Shown: positions 1 through 9,675 of the stretch, piece after piece | Layout of the letters: each line of letters starts with the position of its first letter | Numbering within the stretch: the first letter of the stretch is position 1 | Notes under the pieces: model-generated | What the model was told of the DNA's origin: nothing | Databases searched by the model: none | The model's input: only the letters and a program-made list of their open reading frames with translations | Translations under genes and position numbers: made by a program | Source: an uncultured Phycisphaerales bacterium | GTDB taxonomy: Bacteria > Planctomycetota > Phycisphaerae > Tepidisphaerales > Tepidisphaeraceae | Reading direction: 5' to 3' | DNA: 64,000 bases | NCBI GenBank assembly: GCA_963844715.1 | Contig: CAWJPJ010000006.1 | Span: 864,001 to 928,000, forward strand

Positions 1-437
1 ACGCCGGGGAGACGGCGATTACCGGGACCTGGTCGGAGAAACTGTGGGGCAAGAACACGCGCGGGACGTTTTCGCTGGGTGTGCTGGCGCAGCCTAACGC
101 GAATTTGCCGACGACGAATAATACGACGACGGTGACGGAATACGCCGGGACGGATGTCAACCAGGGGGGTCAATCGGGGACCGTCCTGATCGAAGTCCTG
201 GACACCAACGGCGTGCGCACGGGCGAGGTGTTTGTCCATAACTATGAAAACCAGCTGGTTCCCATCCCGTTCAACATCAGCAAGACCGGGCAAATCGCGT
301 TCACGTTCTCACTGACGGATCAGACGAATATCGTGCAAGGCAAGGTGAACGCCAACGGGACGATCACGGGGAGCTGGACTTCAATCAATAGTGATGGGAC
401 CAATGGGTTTGGACATTTCTCGGGGAAGGAAATTTAG
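1..437 (+). CDS. Hypothetical beta-rich protein, 5'-truncated by window edge
   Basis: Frame is open from position 3 to TAG at 435-437. Two similar segments (ITGTWS...GTFSLG and ITGSWTS...GHFSG) suggest a repeated domain. Confidence 0.7.
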   Translation, partial: AGETAITGTWSEKLWGKNTRGTFSLGVLAQPNANLPTTNNTTTVTEYAGTDVNQGGQSGTVLIEVLDTNGVRTGEVFVHNYENQLVPIPFNISKTGQIAFTFSLTDQTNIVQGKVNANGTITGSWTSINSDGTNGFGHFSGKEI

Positions 438-442
438 AGGAC

Positions 443-1077
443 CTAAGATTCACGCGATCCCTTAGATTGCTGTGGGATAGGGATACTCCCCTTCGGACGA
501 ATGTGAATGTCCGATAGCGCGACCAGATCGATATCGGCGAGGTACTTTTTGATCGCAAAGTATTGGTCGATATCCCGGAAATTGAACGTAGTTGTCAGCC
601 GGTGCGGGCGCCCCAAATTGATGCCAAACATGTTTCCGCTCCAATCCAGACCGTCTTTAAACACAGGGTTATAAACGGGGGCTTCGTCGTTCCACCGAAA
701 CGGCCAAAGCATGTAGATATCGGGCACAGCGTGCTTCTTTTTTATTGGCTCGATCATTGAGTCAATCCAAAGCGCTATCAATGGCAGTCGCTTCTCAGAA
801 ATAGGCAAACGCAGAATTCGGGAGGGAGGACCCGATCGGTTGGGAACATCATTTGCCGTGCCGTTGGCGCCAAGTTGCGTCTCAAGCGCTTCGATGGACG
901 CCGAGACAGATGAGTGTTTCGCGGGGGTCCAGCCGACTGAAAACTCAGCCTCTCGTTCGCGGAGAGCCGAGCATTTTCTCGCAGGAACAATAGCGATCTC
1001 TCAACCAGGTGAACGGACTTGCGGCGGCCGACTTGATGTCCCCAAAGCTGCGATTTTGGAGGGTGGTACTTGATCAC
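443..1077 (-). CDS. Hypothetical protein (one frameshift; ORFs 778-1077 and 443-808 joined)
   Basis: The 443-808 frame stays open upstream (AKHSSVSASIEALETQLGANG...RILRLPISEK) and meets the 778-1077 frame near a C-run at ~925. GC is lower than in flanking genes. Confidence 0.5.
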
Positions 1078-1089
1078 TTGATCCCCTCG

Positions 1090-1269
1090 TCATTTGCGGC
1101 TCGTCTTCAATCGCTTGGCGACTTCAGCTTTGCTGATATTGCGGGTGCTCATGGCTTTCCCAAGTTCGTGGGCGAATTTGAATTTGATGGCCGCGGCGCG
1201 GCAGTCCTCGAGGATGCCTTCCTCGGCTAGATAATCTTCGAATTTGGAGCCCAAGCGTTTTCGTTTCAT
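1090..1269 (-). pseudogene. Truncated XRE/HTH antitoxin-like protein
   Basis: MKRKRLGSKFEDYLAEEGILEDCRAAAIK...ISKAEVAKRLKTSR matches the 'GSxFDDFLxEEGI' XRE antitoxin type but stops inside the HTH. No toxin gene upstream. Confidence 0.65.
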
Positions 1270-1440
1270 GGCGTCACGTCGGCCGATTGATCTTACCATT
1301 CGATCTTAAAAACTGCGCCCGGCCTGCGGAAACTGACTGGCGTCGGGGTGCCGCGACATATTCCATCTCTCGCGTGAGCCCATTGATCTCAACGGCAAAT
1401 TGAACCGCCCGCTTCGCTAGAGAACGCCCGCCGCGGCGGC

Positions 1441-1595
1441 TTGACTCCGAGCGCGGAGAAATTCAAATTCATTTTTGCCGCGGATGAAATGCCGATTTAC
1501 ACGGATAGAAGACAAATCATTTTCGGGTTTTGTCATCCGTGTTCATCTGGGTTTTATCCGTGGCTAAAAGGGTTTTTCTCCGCGCTCGGAGTCAA
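1441..1595. repeat. Palindromic MITE/REPIN-like element (family B, copy 1)
   Basis: Perfect 21-bp terminal IR TTGACTCCGAGCGCGGAGAAA (1441-1461 / 1575-1595) with an inner imperfect IR (...CACGGAT / ATCCGTG...). Confidence 0.8.
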
Positions 1596-1652
1596 ACGGC
1601 CGTGACGGTGTGCTCCGCAGTTCAAACCCGATTCGTGGGGGGCAGGGCGGAT

Positions 1653-1712
1653 GAGTAAGAGTAGGAGTAAGAGTAAGATTAGGAAGACGATTAAGATTAC
1701 GATTAAGATTAA
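1653..1712 (+). repeat. Degenerate hexamer tandem array (GAGTAA/GATTAA)n, continuing after the IS at 2607-2621
   Basis: gagtaa gagtag gagtaa gagtaa gattag gaagac gattaa gattac gattaa gattaa [IS] taa gattat gattat. Confidence 0.85.
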
Positions 1713-2606
1713 GAGCCTCTAACAAAAATGCGAATGGAGCCTGTTCCAACAGATCATTGCCTCACCCACGGTCATGAACGCGGCGTGGATGTCGGGCCGT
1801 TTTTCGTAACGGACTCGCAGTCGGCGATTCTGATGCAACCAACTCAGCGTACGCTCCACCGGCCAGCGGGTTTTGCCAAGACCACTTCCGTGCGGGCGGT
1901 TGCGTCGGGCCAGCAACGGGCGGCTGCCACGCTGACGCAACGCCTTTCGGTGCGGTTCGGAGTGATACGCCCGGTCTCCCTGCACCACCTCGAACCGCCA
2001 GCGCGGCCGGCCCGGTTTGCCCGAGACCTTTGGAATCGCATCGATCAGCGGCAGCAGTTGCGTGATGTCGTGGCGGTTGGCCGCCGTCAGGAGGGCAACC
2101 ATCGGCGTGCCGTTGCCATCGGTCAATACATGGTGCTTGGAACCGTTTTTCCTGCGATCTACCGGGCTCGGACCCGTTTTTTTCCCCCGTGCACGGCCCG
2201 CACGGAAGCAGAATCCACCAAGGCCCGCGACCAGTCGATGGCATTCGACCGCCGCAATCGATTCAGCAATAGTCCGTGCAGCTTCGTCCAAACCCCACGA
2301 TGGTTCCAATCGCGCAGTCGACGCCAGCAACTCATGCCGCTGCCGCATCCCATCTCCTGGGGAAGGTATTCCCACGGAATGCCGGTTTTGAGCACGAACA
2401 GAATACCCGACAACGCCTCGCGATCGTCCAGCGGCGGCCGGCCGCGCTTTCCTGGACCACTGCGGTGCTTGGGAAGCAGGGGTCGGATCAACTCCCAAAG
2501 CTCGTCGGTCACCAACGGCTTGGTCATAAAGCCCTCCATGGCTAAGACCAAGCCGTATTGTCCGATCAACCATAAACATGGGGAAGTGCATTTTTGTTAG
2601 AGGCTC
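1713..2606 (-). mobile_element. IS5-family insertion sequence (IS402/IS427-like), 894 bp, complete
   Basis: Perfect 19-bp terminal IRs GAGCCTCTAACAAAAATGC (1713-1731 / 2588-2606), 3-bp TAA target duplication (1710-1712 / 2607-2609), two-frame DDE transposase. Confidence 0.95.
1719..2527 (-). CDS. IS5-family transposase (OrfA/OrfB joined by -1 frameshift)
   Basis: OrfA: VTDELWELIRPLLP...GRPPLDDREALSGILFVLKTGIPW...DSASVRA. OrfB: GSKHHVLTDGNG...GDRAY...RWPVERTLSWL. Slippery G5A7 run at ~2177-2188; stop codon lies within the IR. Confidence 0.93.
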
Positions 2607-2659
2607 TAAGATTATGATTATGAGCGGAGCGGGATTGGGTTGAGTTTTAATGGAGGTCC

Positions 2660-4036
2660 GTGATGAGTCGATGGACTTGGGTTTTGGCGGGAGCGCTGGT
2701 TTGCTCGGGTTGTGCGGCGGGGTCGGGGGGGAATTCTGCTACGCAGGCGAGTGGTTCGCCGGGGGTTAGCGCGGGGCTTCAGCCTCGGTTGCTGCGGCTC
2801 CGGTTGTTCCGGGGGATGATATTGTGGCGGCGCTGCCTGTGATTCCTGCGGCGACGTTTAACTTTTCCGATTATGGGGGGGTGGGAGATGGGGAGACATT
2901 CAATACCGATGCGTTCAAGAAGGCTGTGGATGCCGTAGAGAAGGCGGGTGGCGGGCATTTGATTGTGCCGGCGGGGGTTTATCTGACCAAGGCATTTACG
3001 CTGGGCAGCCATATGGATTTGCATTTGGAGCGCGGGGCGGTGATTAAGGCGCCGACGCGGTATTCGGATTATGGGTTGCCTGAGCCGGGGAAGAGGCCAA
3101 CGTCGCGGGAGTCGGGGCGGGGTGGGTTTCGGTTTCGGATTCCGGCTTTGATTTCGGCGACGGGGGTCACGGACGTTTCGATCACGGGGAGCGGGACGAT
3201 TGACGGGTCGGGGGGAATGTTCTGGGTTTTTGCGAGTCATGCGGCTCGGGATTATTTGCCTTTTGCGATGGAGCTGCCGCGGCCGGTGCTGGTGGCGGTG
3301 CATGGGGATCGGCTTTTGTTTGACGGGGTGACGCTGACGGATTCGCCGATGTTTCATCTGACGCCAACGGGGCATGACATCACGATTCAGAATCTGCATA
3401 TCGTGGCGCCGAGCGATTCGCCGAATACGGACGCGATGGATTTGCGCGGGCAGAGGATCGTCGTGCGCGGGTGCGAGATTGACGTGGGGGACGACAATTG
3501 CGAGATCGGCGGGCCTTGCAAGGATGTGCTGGTTGAAAATTGCGAGTGTCTGCACGGGCATGGGATTTCGATCGGGAGCCCGACGCGCGGCGGGGTCAGC
3601 CATGTGGTGGTGCGGAATTGCTCGTTCGACAGCGGGGACAACGGGATTCGCATCAAGTCGGCGCGCGGGCGCGGCGGGCTCATTGAGAATGTGACGTTCA
3701 TGGATTTGACGATGAAGAACATCGCCAAGCGGCCGATCGATATCACGATGCTTTATTCCGGCGACCGCCAGGCGGAAGGGGACGAGACGGATATTCCGCA
3801 GGTGGCGCGACGTGCTGATCAAGAATGTGACGATTAATGGCGGGCCCGAGATTGGGCGCATCGTGGGATTGCCGGAGCAATTGGCGACGGATATCACGCT
3901 GGAGAATGTGAGCACGTACACGGATCGGGGGATTGCTCTTCAGGACGCGGCGGATATCACGTTTAAGAATGTGAAGTTTGACGTGGGAGTGGGACAGGCG
4001 ATTACGACGGATAATGGGAAATATACTAGAAACTAG
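2660..4036 (+). CDS. Glycoside hydrolase family 28 (polygalacturonase-like) lipoprotein, two frameshifts
   Basis: Lipobox-like LVCSGC. GH28 motifs SPNTD, GDD, GHGISIGS and RIKS. Pieces 2660-2842, 2824-3837, 3812-4036. Confidence 0.85.
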
Positions 4037-4120
4037 AAACTAGAAACTAGAAACTAGAAACCAGAGGCTAGAGGCTAGAAGCTAGAAATCAGAAGCAAGT
4101 CCGAAGCCGGAAACCAGAAT
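4026..4120 (+). repeat. Heptamer tandem array (CTAGAAA)n, decaying rightwards
   Basis: ctagaaa x5 then ccagagg ctagagg ctagaag ctagaaa tcagaag...; supplies the GH28 stop codon. Confidence 0.9.
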
Positions 4121-4169
4121 GAGGGGATCGAACTACTCTGCTGAAATCCCTGCGAGTTACGGGGAGGAT

Positions 4170-4208
4170 CCCCCCCACCCTGGCCCTCCCCCCGAGTACG
4201 GGGAGAGT
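4170..4208. repeat. REP-like element, family A (CCCTCxCC..CCCTCTCCC..GAGTAC..GGGAGAG), single arm
   Basis: Same motif as 23317-23420, 26865-26903 and 31483-31592. Confidence 0.7.
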
Positions 4209-4323
4209 GAAAAAGAGTGCGCGGCGGTTGGGTTTCTGCGGGGTGGAATCAAATCCGAAATCTGAAACCGGAATGAAGGATTGGGAAGCATCACTGGCGG
4301 TTCGAGCGTGTGCACCGCGAGCG

Positions 4324-4385
4324 ACTGGCAACTCGCTACTGGTAACTGGCAATTGGCAATTGGCGACTCGCAGCTGGCAACTTGC
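4324..4385 (+). repeat. Degenerate heptamer array (CTGGCAA)n
   Basis: ctggcaa ctcgcta ctggtaa ctggcaa ttggcaa ttggcga ctcgcag ctggcaa. Confidence 0.8.
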
Positions 4386-4524
4386 TCTTTTTCCGGCATC
4401 TTCTTTGCATTATTTCCTGGGTGGTTCGCCGGAGTAACTTGATCTGGCGGACGCAGGCGGGTATGACCACCGCGGCTTTTAAGCTGGCGGCGAGGCCTTT
4501 CACTCATTCATAGAGGAGCGAGAC

Positions 4525-4750
4525 ATGATCTCGAGTTTACGTCGGATGGCCCTTAGTTCTTTGTTCCTGGGCGCGTTGTGCCTGGGGACGGGGTGTGTGG
4601 TTCGTGGCGCATGGGGGCTTCGCCCAGGTGGATATCGTCGGCGGCGACGGGTTCCACCATCAGGGATATTACGACGACCACCACAATTGGCATGGCGGGT
4701 ATTACGACGACCATCATGGGTGGCACGACGATCCGCATGATTGGCATTGA
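4525..4750 (+). CDS. Small His/Asp/Trp-rich lipoprotein (frameshift at ~4609)
   Basis: RBS GAGGAG, signal peptide ending LGTGC, then in the shifted frame AQVDIVGGDGFHHQGYYDDHHNWHGGYYDDHHGWHDDPHDWH*. Paralog of the next gene. Confidence 0.7.
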
Positions 4751-4806
4751 TGATCAATTGGCGTGATCTGAAATCAGGCAATTGGGTTTAGCTAGAGGAG
4801 AGGCGA

Positions 4807-5025
4807 ATGGTCTGGGAATTTCGTCGCCGCGCGGCGGGAACGATGCTGGCGGCCGGGCTGGCGCTGAGTGCGGGATGTTTGTTCCGCAGCCATACGCAGG
4901 TGGATATCGTCGATGCCAATGGGGTTCACCACCAGGGGTATTACGACGATACGAATTTGTGGCGCGGGGGATACTACGACCAGCAACATGAATGGCACGA
5001 CGATCCGCGCGATTGGCATCGGTAG
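4807..5025 (+). CDS. Small His/Asp/Trp-rich lipoprotein
   Basis: RBS GAGGAG, lipobox LSAGC, QVDIVDANGVHHQGYYDDTNLWRGGYYDQQHEWHDDPRDWHR. Confidence 0.8.
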   Translation: MVWEFRRRAAGTMLAAGLALSAGCLFRSHTQVDIVDANGVHHQGYYDDTNLWRGGYYDQQHEWHDDPRDWHR

Positions 5026-5064
5026 ATCTTGGCGGGATCGGCGCGGGGGTTCTTGGGGGAGCGG

Positions 5065-5757
5065 CTAGGGGTGATGTTCTTTTTCGGGGTGCGGGGGGTA
5101 GTAGATGGTCAGGGCTTGACCGTTGGTTTCGGCGGTGACTTGACCGTCTTTTTTGCGGCCGGTGATGCTGAATTTTAAGGGGGCCTTGGCGACCTGGATC
5201 ATTCCGCCAAGGACGGAAGCGCCGCCGTAGGAAATATTGGCTTCGATTTCCCCGGTCGCGGGATGATACCAACCGTCAAACGGACCTTCGCTGCTGTGAC
5301 CCTCGAACTTGACTCTGTCTGGCATTCCCAGGACCCAGATGGGGCGGTAGAAGAGGACGTCATCGCCGACGGACGGCATGTGGGTGTCCACCGCCGGGTC
5401 GTACATTCCCTGTTGGGACATTTCGGCCGCGAGGGCATAGGAGATGACATCCTTCACGTTTTCGTCAGCGGTGGGACCGATGGTTTCCCATTGATTCCAG
5501 ACGCGAATGGGACCGATGGCGACGAGTATGCCGCAGACGACGGCGACGCCCAGGCAGATCACGGCGATGATCTTGCCGAGCGAAATATAAACGACGGGGC
5601 TGGCGGCTTTCTTCCTGGCGGCGCGGCCCACGGGGGCGGGGGCGGCTTCGCCGACGGAGATGGGATCTCCGCAGGCGGGGCATCGGATGGTTCTTCCGGC
5701 TAACGCGTCGGCGACGGCGACGCGCTTTCCACAACCACATTGAGCGACGATGGGCAT
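5065..5757 (-). CDS. Zn-ribbon-containing membrane-anchored hypothetical protein
   Basis: N-terminal CGCGK...RCPACG planctomycete-type zinc ribbon followed by one TM helix. Confidence 0.75.
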   Translation of the reverse strand: MPIVAQCGCGKRVAVADALAGRTIRCPACGDPISVGEAAPAPVGRAARKKAASPVVYISLGKIIAVICLGVAVVCGILVAIGPIRVWNQWETIGPTADENVKDVISYALAAEMSQQGMYDPAVDTHMPSVGDDVLFYRPIWVLGMPDRVKFEGHSSEGPFDGWYHPATGEIEANISYGGASVLGGMIQVAKAPLKFSITGRKKDGQVTAETNGQALTIYYPPHPEKEHHP

Positions 5758-5872
5758 ATTCGGTTTCCCCGGTCAGGTGACGGGGTTGATGATAACATCG
5801 TTGGGGGATGGGGCAATGTTTCGGGGGAGCCCGGCGGATGGCCATCCGTCGGCTTTGTCTGCATGCGGGGCG

Positions 5873-7023
5873 TTAGTCAACTGTTGGGCGCGGGGGTGTT
5901 TTAATTGCCAGCATTCTGTCGAGGGCGACCAGGGCCCATTTGCGGGTTTGGTCGTCGACTTTGATCTGGTTGACGACTTTGCCGGCGACGAGATTTTCCA
6001 GGGTCCAGCACAGGTGGGAGAGGTCGATGCGGAACATCGTTGTGCAGAGGCATTGGCAGTCGCTGAGGACGATGATCTTTTGCTCGGGGTGCTGCCTGGC
6101 GAGGCGATTGACCAGGTGAACCTCGGTGCCGACGGCCCATTCGGAGCCGGCCGGGGCATGGGTGATTTGATTGACGATGTAAGCGGTGGAGCCGACCTGA
6201 TCGGCTTGCTCGACGACCTCGCGGCGGCATTCGGGGTGAACGATCACCTTCATCTTGGGATATTTTTCGCGCACTTGGGCGACGTGCTCGGGACGGAAAA
6301 GTTGATGGACGGAACAGTGGCCTTTCCAGAGGACAAAGTCGGCGCGGGTGACGGCGTCGGGCGGATTGCCGCCGAGGTCCTGGTGCGGGTCCCAGAGAAT
6401 CATGGAATCGAGGGGGTAACCCATGGCGGCGGCGGTGTTGCGGCCGAGGTGCTGGTCGGGGAAGAAAAGGATTTTTACTTTTTGGCCGGGCGACAGTCCG
6501 TTGGCGCCGCCTTGAAGAGCCCATTTGAGGACGGCGGCGGCAGTTGCTGCTGGTGCAGACTGCTCCACCGTGCTCGCCGACGAAGGCTTTGATGGCGGCG
6601 GAGCTGTTCATGTAAGTGACGGGGACGATGAGCTGGCCGGGGCAGAGGTCCTGGAGTTGCTCCCAGCATTCGAGGGTTTGGTCGAGATTTGCCATGTCGG
6701 CCATGGAGCAGCCGGCGCCGAGGTCGGGGAGGATGACTTTGACGTCGGGGGCGGTGAGGATGTCAGCGGATTCGGCCATGAAATGGACGCCGCAGAAAAT
6801 GACGTATTCGATCGCCTTTTGCTGGCGGCGGCTTTTCGGGAGAGTTCGAAGCTGTCGCCGATGAAATCGGCGAATTCGATGACGGGTCCTGCTGGTAATG
6901 GTGGCCGAGGATGACGAGGCGGCTGCCGAGGGCCTTTTTTGCGGCCAGGGCGCGGGCGCGAAGATCGGGGTCTGATGCGCCTCGATACTGGGTGGGGAGA
7001 GATTGTTGCCACACCATGGCCAT
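5873..7023 (-). CDS. nadA: Quinolinate synthase A (frameshifted)
   Basis: [50 protein letters not shown] and C..M motifs across three frames. Confidence 0.92.
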
Positions 7024-7279
7024 GGGTCGCTCCGAGTGATTGTAGCGAGATGAAACCGGGTAAACACCCTCATAAAAACGGAGCACTCCATTCTAATGGG
7101 CCAAAAAGATGGAGATTGATTTGTGTGCATCATGGCGTGGGGGGATGAAATTATCGGAAGTGGCGCGATCATGACGATATTGCCGATTGTTCAGGTGAAA
7201 TCTAACTGATTTCATCGAGGATTCGGGGTTTGGGCAACGAAAAGCCCCAGCCAAAGAGAAAATTTGGAAGGAGATTGTC

Positions 7280-8560
7280 ATGCGAATTCGGAAACGGATG
7301 GTGGGCGCGGCGGCGGCGGTTTTGGCGCTGACTTCAGCGGCATGGGCGGATGATTTTATGTCCGCCTATTCTCAGGATGGATTGAGTGTGAATCCTTCGG
7401 CACCGCTGCTGGCGGATGCGAGCACGCCGGACAAGCCGCTGATGAGCGGTTTGGACGCGATCGGCATCGGCGGCCCGATGAAGGACCTGGGGCTGAATCT
7501 CTACGGATATGTCGAAGTGGGATATCTGTATGACGCGACGGTTCCGAGCAATCTGACGGGGCCGAAGAGCTTTCCAGGCGATTTGATTTTCTTCCCCGGT
7601 CCGGACAAGAACAAAGTGATCCTGGATCAGGTCGATTTGACCCTTGAGCGGACGGTTGATGCGTCGAAAGGGAAATTCGACATCGGCTTCCGCGTGGAAG
7701 GGATTTTCGGACGCGACGCGGTCTTCACGCACTCGAATGGCATTCTCGACAACTCCAATAAAGACGGCGGCGGCGAGGACGATCAGCTCGACCTCGAGCA
7801 GGCGTATTTGACGTTTGCCATTCCGCTCGGCACGGGGCTCACCGTGAAGGCGGGCAAGTTCGATACCCTGCTTGGATTTGAGTCGATCAATCCGACTCAG
7901 AACTATTTCTTCACGCACTCGTATATTTTCAGCTTCGGCGTTCCGTTCACCCAGACGGGGATTTTGGGCAGCTATAACGTGACGGACGATATCAACGTCA
8001 CGGCGGGAATCACCCGCGGGTGGAACCAGTCGACGTCGGATAACAACGGCGCAATCGACTTCCTGGGCCAGGCGGTTTACACCCTATCGAGTTCCTTGAG
8101 CTTGACGGGCAATCTGTCGGTCGGTCCGGAAGCGTTCCAGGACAACAAGGATTACTTCGCCGTTCCGGAATTGATCGCGCAATACAAGGCGTCCGATTCG
8201 TTGAACTTGGACGCGGATGTCCTGTACGGATTCGCGAACCACATTTCGCAGTGGTATGGGATCGCGGCTTACGCGAATTACACGCTGACGAAGAATTTCG
8301 CGCTGAACGGGCGCGCGGAGTTTTACCACGACGGGCGCGGCGCGACAACGGGCGCCGGAACCGGCGGGGACGTGAACTTCTGGGAATTCACGGCGGGCGT
8401 GGATATTACGCCGCTGCCGGACAACGAATACCTTTCCAGCTTACAGCTCCGGCCGGAAGCGCGGCTGGATCTGGCGGATCAGGGCGCGTTTGATTTCAAC
8501 GGAACCAGCGGGCAGGACAGCCAGTTGGTTCTTGCGGTGGACGCGATCTGGTCGTTCTGA
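7280..8560 (+). CDS. Outer-membrane beta-barrel porin (BBP2/DUF1597-like)
   Basis: Signal peptide; GKFDTLLGFESINP..NYFFTHSYIF.FG.PFTQTG motif; C-terminal aromatic WSF. Confidence 0.85.
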   Translation: MRIRKRMVGAAAAVLALTSAAWADDFMSAYSQDGLSVNPSAPLLADASTPDKPLMSGLDAIGIGGPMKDLGLNLYGYVEVGYLYDATVPSNLTGPKSFPGDLIFFPGPDKNKVILDQVDLTLERTVDASKGKFDIGFRVEGIFGRDAVFTHSNGILDNSNKDGGGEDDQLDLEQAYLTFAIPLGTGLTVKAGKFDTLLGFESINPTQNYFFTHSYIFSFGVPFTQTGILGSYNVTDDINVTAGITRGWNQSTSDNNGAIDFLGQAVYTLSSSLSLTGNLSVGPEAFQDNKDYFAVPELIAQYKASDSLNLDADVLYGFANHISQWYGIAAYANYTLTKNFALNGRAEFYHDGRGATTGAGTGGDVNFWEFTAGVDITPLPDNEYLSSLQLRPEARLDLADQGAFDFNGTSGQDSQLVLAVDAIWSF

Positions 8561-8588
8561 TTTGACGGCCCTGCAAAAAGCGAACTAT

Positions 8589-8621
8589 CGGGCGTCGCAG
8601 GAGGCTGCGACGCCCGTTTTT
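8589..8621 (+). terminator. Intrinsic terminator
   Basis: CGGGCGTCGCAG-gagg-CTGCGACGCCCG followed by TTTTT. Confidence 0.85.
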
Positions 8622-8676
8622 GTTTGATCGTCCGGGCAGAGGAGTCGATCTATCATTAAGCCGATCTATTATTAAC

Positions 8677-9561
8677 ATGCCAGATATGCGGATCGACAAG
8701 CTCTTCGGCTGGGGGAAGCCGACCATTTCGTTTGAGTTTTTTCCGCCCAAGACGGAGGCGGGATTCGCGCAGCTCTTCGCGGCGATCAACGATCTGCATT
8801 CTCTGAAGCCGAGCTATGTGTCGGTCACGTACGGCGCGGGCGGGAGCACGCGGCAAAAGACGGTGGCGCTGGTGGAGCGCATTCAGCGGGAATTGCAGAT
8901 CCGCTCGATGGCGCATCTGACTTGCGTGGGGCACACGGCTGAGGAAATCGGCGGCATCCTGGACGATCTTTGGAAAGCGGGGATCGTCAATGTGCTGACA
9001 TTGCGGGGCGACCCGCCGGTCGGGCAGAGCCAGTTCGTCGCGACTGAAGGCGGGTTTGCCAACGCGAGCGATCTGGCGAAGTACGCGCGGGGGAGGCGGG
9101 ATTTTTGCATCGGAGTCGCCGGGTATCCGGAGGGACATCCGCAATGCCTGAACCGCACGCGCGATCTGGAGATGCTGAAACTGAAGGTGGACAACGGCGG
9201 GAATTTCGTCGTCACGCAGCTGTTTTTCGATAACGGGGATTTTTACCGGTTTCGAGATGAAGCGCGGGCGATGGGGATTTCGGCGCCGATCATCGCGGGA
9301 ATCATGCCGATCGTGAATCTGGCTCAGATCAAGCGGTTCGTGAGCATGTGCGGGGCGAAGATTCCGCATGGGTTGCTGACGAAGCTGGAAACATTGGAAA
9401 CCGATCCGGAGGCGGTGTACCGGGCGGGGATTGAACATGCCATCGGGCAGTGCCGGGATTTGGCTCAGCATGGGGTGGATGGACTGCACTTTTATACGTT
9501 GAATAAGAGCAAGGCCACGGTCGAAATCGTGCGGGGGTTGGGTTTGGCGCATACGTTTTAG
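8677..9561 (+). CDS. metF: 5,10-methylenetetrahydrofolate reductase
   Basis: SFEFFPPK, SVTYGAGGS, AHLTCV, LRGDPP, AGYPEGH, TQLFFD and HFYTLNK motifs. Confidence 0.95.
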   Translation: MPDMRIDKLFGWGKPTISFEFFPPKTEAGFAQLFAAINDLHSLKPSYVSVTYGAGGSTRQKTVALVERIQRELQIRSMAHLTCVGHTAEEIGGILDDLWKAGIVNVLTLRGDPPVGQSQFVATEGGFANASDLAKYARGRRDFCIGVAGYPEGHPQCLNRTRDLEMLKLKVDNGGNFVVTQLFFDNGDFYRFRDEARAMGISAPIIAGIMPIVNLAQIKRFVSMCGAKIPHGLLTKLETLETDPEAVYRAGIEHAIGQCRDLAQHGVDGLHFYTLNKSKATVEIVRGLGLAHTF

Positions 9562-9675
9562 CGGGTATCGGGTTTTGACGATAAAGAAGTGTCGGAACGC
9601 GCCGCGAAATTCGCGGGGGCCGGCGTGGCATTTGTATTGGGGTAAGACGTCGGCCATTAACGACAAGGTGGAATT

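Noticed and set aside
4026..4385. CRISPR array
   Set aside because: Periodicity is 7 nt with no unique spacers, and there are no cas genes in the window.
4622..5025. DNA direct repeats as a non-coding array
   Set aside because: Explained by two paralogous small lipoprotein genes with an internal peptide repeat.
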